Source: Kordia sp. SMS9
Lineage (GTDB): Bacteria; Bacteroidota; Bacteroidia; Flavobacteriales; Flavobacteriaceae
Direction of reading: 5' to 3'
NCBI RefSeq assembly: GCF_003352465.1
Contig: NZ_CP031153.1
Coordinates: 546,465 to 610,464, forward strand
DNA length: 64,000 nucleotides
Positions 29,007 to 39,087 of the stretch are shown piece after piece. Below the pieces are notes generated by a model. The model worked only from the letters and a program-made list of their open reading frames with translations. It did no database searches and was not told where the DNA came from. Positions within the stretch are counted from its first letter, which is position 1. Each line of letters begins with the position of its first letter. Position numbers and translations under genes: made by a program.

Positions 29007-30014
29007 ATGTTTAAAAAATATAATAGTATCGAAAATACCTACCGTGAAAAGGCAACCGAACAAGTATATCTTCACGGGTATGGAAACGATGTATTTGTGG
29101 TACAAGAAAAAGTACATGGCGCTAATTTTTCTTTCATTACGGATGGAGATACAATTAGAGTTGCCAAACGTACATGTCTAATTGCAGAAGATGAAAACTT
29201 CAACAATCACAGATATGTTTTACACAAATATGAAAAAGCAATTACAGGGCTTTTCAAACGTGTAAAGAACGATTTTCCAGAAACAGAAATGATCACTGTT
29301 TTTGGTGAAATTTTCGGAGGAAGCTATCCGCATGCGGAGGTAGAAAAGATCGATGGAATGGTTCGCATTCAAAAAGGTGTTTTTTACAGTCCAGAAAATG
29401 ACTTTTACGCGTTTGATATTTGTATCAATCACACGCAATATCTTGATGTTACCATCGCGAACACATACTTTGAAGCAACAGGAATGTTGTATGCAAAAAC
29501 ACTTTTTGCAGGAACCTTTAGCGAATGTATGGCATATCCAAATGCATTTGAATCAAAAGTTCATGAATGGCTACATCTTCCAAAGATTGAAGACAATGTT
29601 TGTGAAGGAACCATCATCAAACCATTAACTAGCAAGCGTTTTGGAAATGGACAACGTGTTATTTTCAAAAACAAAAACGAAAAATGGTCTGAAAAGTCAC
29701 ATGAAAAACGATCAAGAGTTTCAAAGCCAAGTGCAATAGGAATGCTTTCACATACTGAAAAAGAATTGATGCACACGCTTTTGGGCTACGTGAACGAAAA
29801 TCGTTTGATGAATGTACAAAGTAAGCTTGGAGAGTTTTCACCAAAACAAACGGGAAAAACGATCGGATTGCTTGCCAAAGATGCACTAGAAGATTTTGTA
29901 AAAGATCATGAAAATGATTGGAATAACGTACAAAAAGAGCATCAAAAAGTATTAACAAAAATACTGAACAAAGAAGCAGTTACTGTCGTAAAAAAAGTAC
30001 TTCTTTTTAGGTAA
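29007..30014 (+). CDS. ATP-dependent RNA ligase, T4 Rnl2-like
   Basis: Nucleotidyltransferase motif I EKVHGANF (compare T4 Rnl2 EKIHGTN), motif IV VCEGTIIKP, motif V VIFKNKNEKW; 335 aa. Confidence 0.7.
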   Translation: MFKKYNSIENTYREKATEQVYLHGYGNDVFVVQEKVHGANFSFITDGDTIRVAKRTCLIAEDENFNNHRYVLHKYEKAITGLFKRVKNDFPETEMITVFGEIFGGSYPHAEVEKIDGMVRIQKGVFYSPENDFYAFDICINHTQYLDVTIANTYFEATGMLYAKTLFAGTFSECMAYPNAFESKVHEWLHLPKIEDNVCEGTIIKPLTSKRFGNGQRVIFKNKNEKWSEKSHEKRSRVSKPSAIGMLSHTEKELMHTLLGYVNENRLMNVQSKLGEFSPKQTGKTIGLLAKDALEDFVKDHENDWNNVQKEHQKVLTKILNKEAVTVVKKVLLFR

Positions 30015-30023
30015 TGTAGAAAT

Positions 30024-30060
30024 GACTGTCCAAGCTTCTATTCTTGGACAGTCTTTATAA
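30024..30060 (+). terminator. Rho-independent terminator after RNA ligase
   Basis: GACTGTCCAAG...CTTGGACAGTC hairpin followed by TTTAT. Confidence 0.55.
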
Positions 30061-30142
30061 AAGATACAAACAATGTGTTCAAGTAAAAACAGCCGCAAAC
30101 CAAAACTGTTGGCTGTAGTTAACTTGATATAAAATTAAACAG

Positions 30143-30628
30143 ATGAAAATAACAATGAACAAGTGGCGAAACTTTTCAGGCAAAGTGTTCAATGAACCCA
30201 TAACTACACTTGTTGAGAATGCCATTGTAAAAGAACAAAAAGCTGGTCACAGATTGAAAATCTATGTGGGTTCGGATTCACAAGCCTATAAAACACATGT
30301 AAACTATGGTACTGTCATAGTGATTCTTAGAAAAGGAAAAGGTGGTTTTATGTTTATCAAAAACGAAAAAGGAACCACTAAAATAGGACTAAAAGAGCGT
30401 ATGCTAAGAGAGGTAGCACTATCCGTAGAAACAGCCTACCGCATTTGTGACCTATTGGAAAAATACAATATTGAATTGGAAGTTCATGCAGATATCAATA
30501 CAGACTCAAAATTTGAATCAAATGTGGCACTTAAAGAAGCGATGGGATATATCATAGGAATGGGCTTTGCATTCAAGGCAAAACCGTATGCTTTCGCAAG
30601 TTCTTCTTGTGCAGATAGTATTGTCTAA
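30143..30628 (+). CDS. Hypothetical protein (possibly RNase H-like YkuK/DUF458 fold)
   Basis: ORF track; YVGSDSQ motif is reminiscent of YkuK-family proteins; the assignment is uncertain. Confidence 0.4.
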   Translation: MKITMNKWRNFSGKVFNEPITTLVENAIVKEQKAGHRLKIYVGSDSQAYKTHVNYGTVIVILRKGKGGFMFIKNEKGTTKIGLKERMLREVALSVETAYRICDLLEKYNIELEVHADINTDSKFESNVALKEAMGYIIGMGFAFKAKPYAFASSSCADSIV

Positions 30629-30934
30629 ATAACATTATATCTCTTCTTTTTTAATGAATATTTTAACTGCGCAAAATGAATGCGTAGTACTGTAAAATAT
30701 TTGTTCCCGAAAGAAAAACAGTTGCTAATCAATATACTGTTTATGCAGTTAATCATCCTCGCTACACGTTGATGGTAGCGAGGTTTAATAAAAAAGTATA
30801 AAATCTCGATTATCGAGTTAAAAATATCAAGCGAGTCTTGTTGCGTGTTTCTATATAGCACCATTGTATAAAACGTTGCACAATGTGTATCATGCTTTTA
30901 TATGCAACTCGACTTGGAGGCTTCGGGTTATAGC

Positions 30935-31140
30935 CAAATATAATCCTCCATAGAGAAACATGGGTCATGGGTTCGAATCCCATTCTCGCAAGAGATAGTT
31001 CAGCGGTTAGAACAATGTTTTTGGATGTTGCCGGTTCGAGTCCGGTCAGTAGTTCCGAAAGGGCGGCTATTGTAACTCAATTGGTAGAGTACTACACTTT
31101 TAATGTAGATTGAAGTTCGATTTCTTCTAAAAAAATCACC
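30935..31140 (+). pseudogene. Three tRNA-like fragments (minihelix-like T-arm+acceptor; D-arm+T-arm without acceptor pairing; Lys(UUU)-like D/anticodon arms without acceptor)
   Basis: ATGGGTTCGAATCCCAT flanked by GAGAA/TTCTC; GTTCAGCGGTTAGAAC ... GCCGGTTCGAGTCCGGT; ACTCAATTGGTAGAGT + CTACA-CTTTTAA-TGTAG + AAGTTCGATTTCTTC. None folds into a complete cloverleaf. Confidence 0.4.
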
Positions 31141-31450
31141 AGCCTGTCACGCTGTTAAATTTGACGAAAACGATGTTGCGTGTATCTGCTGAAGTTTCAC
31201 AAGAAACGAACAGCAATTTTGAAGTCACTTCGACATAAAAAGTGCTTACTGATCGCAACTGGAATTTCTTGAAGATCAGATCAAACTAAAAATATAGCTT
31301 TTGTTGTGTTTTGGTGCGATTCCATCCTCAAAAAAGAACAAGTGAACATGAGTAAAATCTTTTATCTCCGTGAACCAGAAATGATACATGTACGTCGTTT
31401 TTAAAACAAAGTAGAATCGCCAGTAATGGCACAAAATTAGAATAGAAATC

Positions 31451-32551
31451 ATGAAACGAGTACGAATTCACACTGGAAAAGTAGGGTTGGTTTTCAAAAA
31501 TGGAAACTACCAAAAAGTTTTGACAGAAGGCACCTATTGGTTAGGCTTCCGCCAGCATGTATTGATCTATAATATTACAGAAAAGTTTCATGCGTCAGTA
31601 GCGAGTGAAATTTTACTGCAAGATGTCACCTTGACAAACATGTTAGACGTAATCGACATTAAAGACAACGAAATTGTGTTGCTTTTTGAAAGAGGAAACT
31701 TTAAAACAGTTTTAGAAGCTGGACAACATTTGTATTGGAAAGGTTTAGTAGAACGAACGTTTACACGAGTTGACTTGAATACAACAGCAATTACAGAAAT
31801 CAACGATAAAAACTTGCTAAACGATTATAAATTAACAAAGTATATACGAACGTTTGAAGTCTTAGAATACGAAAAAGCAATTTTATTGATTGATGACAAA
31901 TTTGAAAAAATTCTAACCTCAGGAATCTATCATTTTTGGCGAAATGCCACTAATATTAAAATTTCAAAAGTAGATATGCGTCAGTTACAATTGGAAATTG
32001 CAGGACAAGAATTGTTAACAAAAGATAAAGCCGCAATTCGAATCAACTTTTACACACAATACAAAGTTACTGATGTTAAAAAAGCAATTTTAGACAACAA
32101 AGACTTTGAGAAGCAACTATACATTGCTATGCAGTTGAAGCTTCGCGCTTTTGTTGGAAACTATACATTGGATGAATTGTTGGATCAGAAAGAAGACATT
32201 GCCAATGCCGTTTTTGAAAACACAAAAGATGCCGCAGAAAACTTAGGAATCAACGTTTTGTATTGTGGTATTCGCGATGTGATTTTAACAGGAGAAATGA
32301 AAGATATCATGAATCAGGTTTTAATCGCACAGAAAAAAGCACAAGCAAACATCATTACACGACGTGAAGAAACGGCTTCCACAAGAAGTTTGCTCAACAC
32401 CGCAAAATTGATGGAAGAAAACGCAATGTTGTATCAGTTGAAAGAGATGGAATATGTGGAGAAAATCGCAGATAAAATTGGCGAAATCACGGTTGCTGGA
32501 AACGGCGGCGTGGTAAAGCAATTAAAAGACATCTTTTCTGTCAACAAATAA
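31451..32551 (+). CDS. SPFH/band-7 (slipin-like) domain protein
   Basis: C-terminal half KAAIRINFYTQYKV...QKKAQANIITRREETAS... is typical of stomatin/HflKC-type SPFH domains. Confidence 0.75.
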   Translation: MKRVRIHTGKVGLVFKNGNYQKVLTEGTYWLGFRQHVLIYNITEKFHASVASEILLQDVTLTNMLDVIDIKDNEIVLLFERGNFKTVLEAGQHLYWKGLVERTFTRVDLNTTAITEINDKNLLNDYKLTKYIRTFEVLEYEKAILLIDDKFEKILTSGIYHFWRNATNIKISKVDMRQLQLEIAGQELLTKDKAAIRINFYTQYKVTDVKKAILDNKDFEKQLYIAMQLKLRAFVGNYTLDELLDQKEDIANAVFENTKDAAENLGINVLYCGIRDVILTGEMKDIMNQVLIAQKKAQANIITRREETASTRSLLNTAKLMEENAMLYQLKEMEYVEKIADKIGEITVAGNGGVVKQLKDIFSVNK

Positions 32552-32585
32552 GCATCAAGAAACATAATCACTATGTTTTTATTTC

Positions 32586-32633
32586 GGTCTCACGACTGCG
32601 CTACCAACGTAGTTGTGAGACTACTTTTATTTA
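32586..32633 (+). terminator. Rho-independent terminator
   Basis: GTCTCAC...GTGAGAC hairpin followed by TACTTTTATTT. Confidence 0.55.
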
Positions 32634-32661
32634 AAAAGCTAACTATGTTAATACCATTAAA

Positions 32662-33102
32662 ATGTCACGCCTATTACAAAAAATTACATACTTTTTTTCT
32701 TCTTTTTTTTCGGAAAAAGAGAATGAAAAACCCAAAGCAAATACACTAAAAATAAGTGATGAAATTGTGTTAAATGTTATGGAGCGATTGTCTCATTTTG
32801 AGCAAACAAAAGGGTTTTTAAAACCAATGACGTTACATAAATTGGCAAAAAAACTAAAAACAAATCCTAAATATTTATCAAGAATCATCAATGATCAATA
32901 TCAGAAGAACTATAGTTCCTACATCAACGATTTGCGTATTTCCTACTTACTAAAAGCATTGGAAAACGATGATTCGTTAAAAAAAGTAACCGTAAAATCA
33001 CTAGCAAAAAAGTTAGGATTTGGCAATACAGAATCCTTCGCAAAAGCATTTAAAAAGTATACAGGAGTCAATCCTTCTGTCTATTTAAATAGCTTGCCAT
33101 AA
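32662..33102 (+). CDS. AraC-family transcriptional regulator (short, HTH domain)
   Basis: C-terminal KSLAKKLGFGNTESFAKAFKKYTGVNPSVY is the AraC-type HTH signature. Confidence 0.75.
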   Translation: MSRLLQKITYFFSSFFSEKENEKPKANTLKISDEIVLNVMERLSHFEQTKGFLKPMTLHKLAKKLKTNPKYLSRIINDQYQKNYSSYINDLRISYLLKALENDDSLKKVTVKSLAKKLGFGNTESFAKAFKKYTGVNPSVYLNSLP

Positions 33103-33405
33103 ATAGGAAATAACATTTTTTATCTGACACTTTTCTTGTATGGATGAGCTCCTTTATTTATAAAAAACGTAAATATTGGAGCTTTTCTTTTTAAGCCAAA
33201 CTCATAAGTATATTTTTCTTCTTCCCAAAAAAACACAAGTAGGTTTTGTCAATGCAAAAGCTATTTTTTTGTAATAATTATCTGATAATCAACTACAAAA
33301 ATCGTTTCAAAAAAATCACTAAATCATCAGCAAATACTTTTCCTGCATTCAAAAGTGATAATACTCAATCTGAAAATCAAGTAAAACTACGCATCTATAT
33401 AATAG

Positions 33406-34977
33406 GTGTATTGTAGAACTTTGATACACTCTAATCAACCTCAACACTGTATGGAATCTAGCCAAGAAAACACACCGCAAACTGATACAATCGAAATCAA
33501 AGTCTATGTCCCAATCAACGAAGTGACAGAGCGACAAAAGGGAATGATTGACAATGCTATTGCCAAACACCCTAGAGATCGAAAATACCTCTCAAACTCA
33601 GCGCATTCAGAAATTTTTGCTCCTAGTAAAAATGATGCCAACGACATTATTGAACATGCACAAGCTCAGAACTGGGAAGTAGATTTCAATGAAAAAGCTC
33701 GTAAAATTACGATCAAAATAAACTCAGAAGATATTGCTGACCAAAATAATCCTGTTACCCTTGATACGCTTCAATTTCTAAGTTCACAAGGAGATATTCA
33801 CATGGAAGTACTTGGTGAAGATCAACATGCAAAAGCCGAAGACATTACAGATCCTACACAAAAAACAGGCTTTGTAAAAAGTAATCAAGAACAACGCGTA
33901 GGTCGTGGACGCCAAATTCCAATTCAAGAACCTGCACACGGATACAGCGTCTTAGAAATTGCAGAAAGCTACAACTTCCCTGATGGTGATGGCGAAGGAC
34001 AAACCATAGGAATTATAGAATTAGGTGGAGAAGTACAGCAAAGCGACTTGGAAAAATTCTTTGCAGAATACAACACGCCAATTCCAGAAATTCAAATTGT
34101 GGGCAAACCAACTACAACTCCCGTAAATGATAACGTAGAAGTAACTGCAGACATTCAAGTAGCTGGAATCTTAGCGCCAAAAGCAAAGTTTGTCATCTAT
34201 TACGGAACTACCATCTTAGAAGCAATGAAAGCAGCATTGGCAGATACTGAAAACAAACTAACCGTCATTTCCATCAGTTGGGCAGGATCTGAATTGGGAT
34301 ATGCGCAACAAGAAATTATAGAACTCAACAATGTTTTTCATGAAGCTTCCTTAAAAGGAATTACTGTAGTGGGCGCTTCGGGCGATAATGGTGCTTTAAA
34401 CAACAAAGCATATGCAAATGTAAATGTGCCTGTAAACTCTCCGTATGTACTCGCTTGTGGCGGAACACAAACCTATATTACAGATGATAAAATTGCAGCA
34501 GAAGTTGTATGGAACGAATCTACGCAACAATCGCAAATAGGATCTGGTGGCGGATTCAGTCAGCGTATTTCCCAACAACAATATCAAATAAAATCTTCAC
34601 AAGAATACATTCAAAAATTTCCAAAATTTGCATCTTACCATCAAGCTGGCGGAAGAGGAATTCCAGACATTGCTGCAAATGCGGCAGATGCTTCGGGCTA
34701 TAGTATTGTTTTTCAAGGTCAATGGGTTAAAGTTGGCGGAACCAGTTTAGCAACACCACTTTGGGCTGCTCTAATCGGGCGTATGAATCAAAACTTAGGA
34801 TACCGATTAGGATTTATAAATCCATACTTATATGAGTTAATGGGTTCTTCGTCATTTCATCAAATTTTAGAAGGAAACAACAACCTCTATGTTGCCTCGG
34901 AAGGATGGAATCCATGTACAGGATTAGGCACGCCTGATGGAAAAGAACTAATGCATTCCATTGATAGTTTAGAATAA
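33406..34977 (+). CDS. S53 (sedolisin/kumamolisin-like) serine-carboxyl peptidase with pro-domain, no signal peptide
   Basis: YSVLEIAESYNFPDGDGEGQTIGIIELGG (start of the mature S53 domain), GASGDNGA (oxyanion Asp box), GGTSLATPLWAALIGRMNQ (catalytic Ser). The N-terminal ~180 aa form a pro-segment, and no secretion signal is present. Confidence 0.8.
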   Translation: MYCRTLIHSNQPQHCMESSQENTPQTDTIEIKVYVPINEVTERQKGMIDNAIAKHPRDRKYLSNSAHSEIFAPSKNDANDIIEHAQAQNWEVDFNEKARKITIKINSEDIADQNNPVTLDTLQFLSSQGDIHMEVLGEDQHAKAEDITDPTQKTGFVKSNQEQRVGRGRQIPIQEPAHGYSVLEIAESYNFPDGDGEGQTIGIIELGGEVQQSDLEKFFAEYNTPIPEIQIVGKPTTTPVNDNVEVTADIQVAGILAPKAKFVIYYGTTILEAMKAALADTENKLTVISISWAGSELGYAQQEIIELNNVFHEASLKGITVVGASGDNGALNNKAYANVNVPVNSPYVLACGGTQTYITDDKIAAEVVWNESTQQSQIGSGGGFSQRISQQQYQIKSSQEYIQKFPKFASYHQAGGRGIPDIAANAADASGYSIVFQGQWVKVGGTSLATPLWAALIGRMNQNLGYRLGFINPYLYELMGSSSFHQILEGNNNLYVASEGWNPCTGLGTPDGKELMHSIDSLE

Positions 34978-35015
34978 GATTTAGCAAAATCATTACTCAC
35001 CTAAAACTCAAAATT

Positions 35016-35450
35016 ATGACTAAAAAATTGGCATTAGATGAACTTCCTAAACGTCTCACTATAGATGGTAAAAAAATAGACGATATGCTAATGATCTATG
35101 GTTTTGTGGCTCCAGGAACAGCAGAAAACAACATCAAATTCTACCTAGATCCTTCTTTGAAAACATCAGTAGTTATTAACGATGAAGATATCATTCACCA
35201 TGCAAAAGTGAACAAGTCGCACAATCCTATTGGTGGAACAGTCATTTGGGTTAAAAATGCAGCTAAGTACATACAAGGAAACGCAACACCAGCACAGGCA
35301 GTAGCAAACATACAAGCACAACAACATGCTGAACAATTTTTCCAAGGAGACATTTATCAACAATATGCAAACACTGTTCAAGGAAATACCCAACCAAAAC
35401 CACAAAACCCTTATGCACCAGTTTGTGGATGCGGAAAATGCGAACAGTAA
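35016..35450 (+). CDS. Hypothetical 144-aa protein with Ala/Gln-rich segment and C-terminal CGCGKC
   Basis: ORF track. TPAQAVANIQAQQHAEQ resembles the AQAQ punctuation of the downstream precursor. The C-terminus reads PVCGCGKCEQ. Confidence 0.5.
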   Translation: MTKKLALDELPKRLTIDGKKIDDMLMIYGFVAPGTAENNIKFYLDPSLKTSVVINDEDIIHHAKVNKSHNPIGGTVIWVKNAAKYIQGNATPAQAVANIQAQQHAEQFFQGDIYQQYANTVQGNTQPKPQNPYAPVCGCGKCEQ

Positions 35451-35542
35451 AAGAGATCATACCCAAAATTGATAAGCAACTATCAATTTCCAAAATCGTA
35501 AGATTTTAAAAATCATATTATTAACCTTTAACTTAAATTATT

Positions 35543-36850
35543 ATGTTTACATTTTTTCACGGATGTGGAATTCCGCCTATCACAGTAACATGTGGTCAAG
35601 GTGGTGCACATGCACAGAATGTTGGACCTACGGGGACATTCGGTTGTACACAACCAGGTCATTGTTTAGGCCCAACAGGAACGCAAGGTTGTACAGTAGC
35701 TACTGCGCCACCACATTGCTTAATTGGACCTACGGGAACGCAAGGTTGTACGCAACCAGGTCATTGTGTTGGACCTACTGGAACGTATGGATGTACAGTA
35801 GTTGGACCAACAGGAACACAAGGCTGTACACAACCACAAACTATTTTACCTCCAACTATTGGATGTATTACAGTTACAACAACAGTAGTAACACATGCGC
35901 AAGCACAAGCTAATGTACCTAACACTATTGGATGTACAGCTATTACACCTTGTCCTACTTTACCTTGTCCACAAGGTGGAAATGCACAAGCGCAAACTAT
36001 TTTACCGCCAACATTACCTCCAGCATGCGTACCTCATACAGTAGGATGTACGGCTATTACGCCATGTGTAACAATTGGTGGTCATGCACAAGCACAAACT
36101 GTTCCACGTCCATCTGCCATTTGTGCAACAGCTATTGCATGCACAATTACGACAGCTCCACAGGCTGCACAAGCACAAACTATTGGTATTACTGGATGGC
36201 ATGGATGCACTGTGGTTGGACCAACAGGAACACAAGGATGTACAGTTGTAGGACCGACAGGTTACCAAGGTTGTCTAACACCAACAGGAACACCTCCAGC
36301 TACAGTTTGCCCAGGTGGTAATGCACAAGCACAAACAATCGGTGTTACGGGATGGCATGGTTGCACAGTTGTAGGACCAACTGGTTATCTAGGATGTTTA
36401 ACTCCAACAGGAACGCCTCCAGCTACAGTTTGCCCAGGTGGTAATGCACAAGCACAAAACGTAGGACCAACAGGATGGGAAGGTTGTCACCAACAAAACA
36501 CGCTTGCTACTGTTTGCACACAAATTGATTGTGGCGGACCAACACACCTTTTAGGTTGTACAGGTTACGAAGGTTGCCTAACTCCAACAGGAACGCCTCC
36601 AGCTACAGTTTGCCCAGGCGGCGATGCACAGGCACAGACTCTTGGTCATACAGCGTATGAAGGTTGTGGACAGCATGGAACAGAAGCTACGGTATGTACA
36701 CAAATTGGATGCGGACCAACACATCTTTTAGGATGTACTGGATATGAAGGATGTCATAATGGAGGAAATGCTCAGGCACAAATTCATAGTATTCCTGTAG
36801 CAGACTGTATTCCTACACGTAGTTGTACAGGAGCTTGGCCAGTATGTTAA
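35543..36850 (+). CDS. 435-aa Cys/Thr/Gly/Pro-rich multi-cassette polypeptide (candidate multi-core RiPP/lanthipeptide precursor)
   Basis: No signal peptide (MFTFFHGCGIPP...). About nine segments are separated by the conserved punctuation (P)GG[NHD]AQAQ[TN][IVL]. The segments are dominated by Cys, Thr, Gly, Pro (for example TIGVTGWHGCTVVGPTGYLGCLTPTGTPPATVCP). Two cassettes are nearly identical. The other-frame ORFs 35563-36321 are artefacts of this repetitive DNA. Confidence 0.55.
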   Translation: MFTFFHGCGIPPITVTCGQGGAHAQNVGPTGTFGCTQPGHCLGPTGTQGCTVATAPPHCLIGPTGTQGCTQPGHCVGPTGTYGCTVVGPTGTQGCTQPQTILPPTIGCITVTTTVVTHAQAQANVPNTIGCTAITPCPTLPCPQGGNAQAQTILPPTLPPACVPHTVGCTAITPCVTIGGHAQAQTVPRPSAICATAIACTITTAPQAAQAQTIGITGWHGCTVVGPTGTQGCTVVGPTGYQGCLTPTGTPPATVCPGGNAQAQTIGVTGWHGCTVVGPTGYLGCLTPTGTPPATVCPGGNAQAQNVGPTGWEGCHQQNTLATVCTQIDCGGPTHLLGCTGYEGCLTPTGTPPATVCPGGDAQAQTLGHTAYEGCGQHGTEATVCTQIGCGPTHLLGCTGYEGCHNGGNAQAQIHSIPVADCIPTRSCTGAWPVC

Positions 36851-36908
36851 TGATAGCTTATCTACAATAGATACAGCTATTTTTTAGTAGTATAAAGCTG
36901 CCTGTACA

Positions 36909-38027
36909 TTGCAGGCAGCTTTCAAAACTCAAAAAACTATTTTTATGCGCTTAACGAAAAAAAACATCACTCATTACCTACTAGACAAAGGATTTTTAGA
37001 ACCTACATCCTTTATGTCAGGAGAGTATATGCTTACGCAAACTCAAAGTAGAAACTCCATCTTTAAAATTCAACAACAACAAGACAAAGGATTATTTGTT
37101 AAGCAACTCATCGCGCAAGATGCTACAAATAGCTACTTGATGCAGAAAGATGCCACAAGTCACTATTTAATTCATCAATCAGATTTATATAAAGAAACCG
37201 CAACACATATTCCTGAATATTACGGGTACGATCCGTATCATAACATTTTAGTCACGGAATATTTTGCAAACACCAAAAACATACACGAAGTTGTTTATCG
37301 TGATAAAAAATTATCAGAATCACACGCAGTAAAAATGGCGCATATATTAGCTTCGTTTCATTTTGATATTACAAAAGAGATTAAAAATAATAGTTCGCTT
37401 CAATTCTTCAGTAAACAAATTCCGTGGATTTTAAACACAAATCAACTACTAAACAACAACTCCCAAAGTATTAATAATGCTGTCATTGCAGAAATTCACA
37501 AACATCAAGATTTGGTGAAACGCATGGACAAAGTGGCTTCGCAGTGGGAAACTTCAAGCTTGATTCATGGAGATATTAAGTGGATGAATTTCATCGTAAT
37601 GCCAAATAATGAAGAGGTAAAACTCATTGATTGGGAAATTGCCGATTTAGGCGATCCACTATGGGATGTAGCCGGAGTTTTTCAATCGTATTTCTGTGCT
37701 TGGGTTTTAAGTTTTAACAATCAAAACATACAGGATCATCAACAAATGCCTGGTACGGAGTTTTTATCGGTAGAAACCATCACACCAGTTGTAAAATTGC
37801 TTTGGGAAACCTATGCATCTGCTCAAAAATTTACAGCTACCGAAGCTAGAGAAAAGTTACTCAAAACACTTTCCTACATGGCAGCTCGCATGATACAAAC
37901 TGCTTTTGAAAACAATATGGCGCAACAACAACAAATGTATCCGAATTCGGCACGTATCCTACAATTCTGCAATCATATTTTAGCAGATGTTGAAGGAATT
38001 GCAAAACAATGGAATTTAATAGACTAA
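36909..38027 (+). CDS. Aminoglycoside-phosphotransferase-fold (APH/CotS-like) kinase
   Basis: Catalytic loop HGDIKWMNF and IDWEIADLGDPLWDVAG (D-[FW]-E ... GDP..D of the APH fold); N-lobe Lys in GLFVKQL. 4-nt gap to the next ORF. Confidence 0.65.
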   Translation: MQAAFKTQKTIFMRLTKKNITHYLLDKGFLEPTSFMSGEYMLTQTQSRNSIFKIQQQQDKGLFVKQLIAQDATNSYLMQKDATSHYLIHQSDLYKETATHIPEYYGYDPYHNILVTEYFANTKNIHEVVYRDKKLSESHAVKMAHILASFHFDITKEIKNNSSLQFFSKQIPWILNTNQLLNNNSQSINNAVIAEIHKHQDLVKRMDKVASQWETSSLIHGDIKWMNFIVMPNNEEVKLIDWEIADLGDPLWDVAGVFQSYFCAWVLSFNNQNIQDHQQMPGTEFLSVETITPVVKLLWETYASAQKFTATEAREKLLKTLSYMAARMIQTAFENNMAQQQQMYPNSARILQFCNHILADVEGIAKQWNLID

Positions 38028-38031
38028 AACC

Positions 38032-39087
38032 ATGAAAAACAACACACATACAAAACAAGTACGTCAAATTATAGATGCTATTGAAATTACTTCGTTAACC
38101 ACGTATAAAGTACATGGTGAAGAAGAATATGTGCAAAATCAAATGCCGTATCAAACCTTTGCAGAAGATTTTAAATCGTTTGGAAGCAATGCCACTGTAG
38201 ATTCACAGCAACAGCGCACCAACTTAACCAACGCACTTACCAATACGATTTACGCTAAATTCTATTGTGGAATTCAAAATGGCAATCATACGTCAAAAAT
38301 TCCACCAAAAGTGGAACGAGATGAATTTATGAATCAACTTTCGCAGGCAAATACTTCCGTTAATGGACTCGACTATCATTGGAATATTTACAATATTGAC
38401 GCCAAAACAGGAAGCGCATACGTTCAAAAAAACGGCGAATTGCGTTGGTTACAACCGAACGGATTTCAATTTGTAAATCCGCAGCAAAAACAAGCAATCG
38501 TGAATACGAAAGTAAATCTAACACGTCAAAAAGAAAACAGAAACCTTCAACCTGTATTTTATCATGTGTTTAGCAATGAAATGTTTCCGCAGGAAGTCGA
38601 AATTGGAAGATTCTACTGGAACGTTTCGCCAGAAGGCGCTGCCAAACTCGTCAACTTGCTCACAACAACGTTGAATGATTATAAAATTCCATTTCAATTC
38701 AAATGCTTAAATCACCCTGAGTTGTATGTCCGATCCGACTCCGCCGTTTTATATGTAAGTAAAAAACACGTGCAATTAGTTTCCATCATTTTACAAAGTG
38801 TCATTCCGAATTTAGAACCGTATCTTGTAGACGAAATTCCGATGTTTACCAAACAGCTTCACAAAGGTGTTGGGTACGCAGAAGATCCTGGGAAAGGGCA
38901 AAGTTTTGGAATGAGTCGCTCATCTACCATTGCAGAAGCGTTGGTAGAAGCATTCTTGCAAGAACAAAATGCCACACAAAGGTTCAACACAGTGGTCAAT
39001 TCTTTATCGCGAAAAGGAATGTCACTCGATCGTTTGCACCTAAACAAACACACCGCATTAACGCCAACATTCCCAACATATGAATAG
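38032..39087 (+). CDS. Hypothetical 351-aa protein between kinase and LanC-like genes (candidate phospho-Ser/Thr lyase partner)
   Basis: ORF track; translationally coupled on both sides; no motif I can assign from memory. Confidence 0.5.
   Translation: MKNNTHTKQVRQIIDAIEITSLTTYKVHGEEEYVQNQMPYQTFAEDFKSFGSNATVDSQQQRTNLTNALTNTIYAKFYCGIQNGNHTSKIPPKVERDEFMNQLSQANTSVNGLDYHWNIYNIDAKTGSAYVQKNGELRWLQPNGFQFVNPQQKQAIVNTKVNLTRQKENRNLQPVFYHVFSNEMFPQEVEIGRFYWNVSPEGAAKLVNLLTTTLNDYKIPFQFKCLNHPELYVRSDSAVLYVSKKHVQLVSIILQSVIPNLEPYLVDEIPMFTKQLHKGVGYAEDPGKGQSFGMSRSSTIAEALVEAFLQEQNATQRFNTVVNSLSRKGMSLDRLHLNKHTALTPTFPTYE

Noticed and set aside
35563-36321. ORFs 35563-35913, 35932-36321 (+) and 36014-36268 (-) overlapping the 435-aa gene
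   Set aside because: These are other-frame artefacts of the GGN/ACN/TGY-rich repetitive DNA. Their products are Trp/Tyr/Asn-rich nonsense with no start context.
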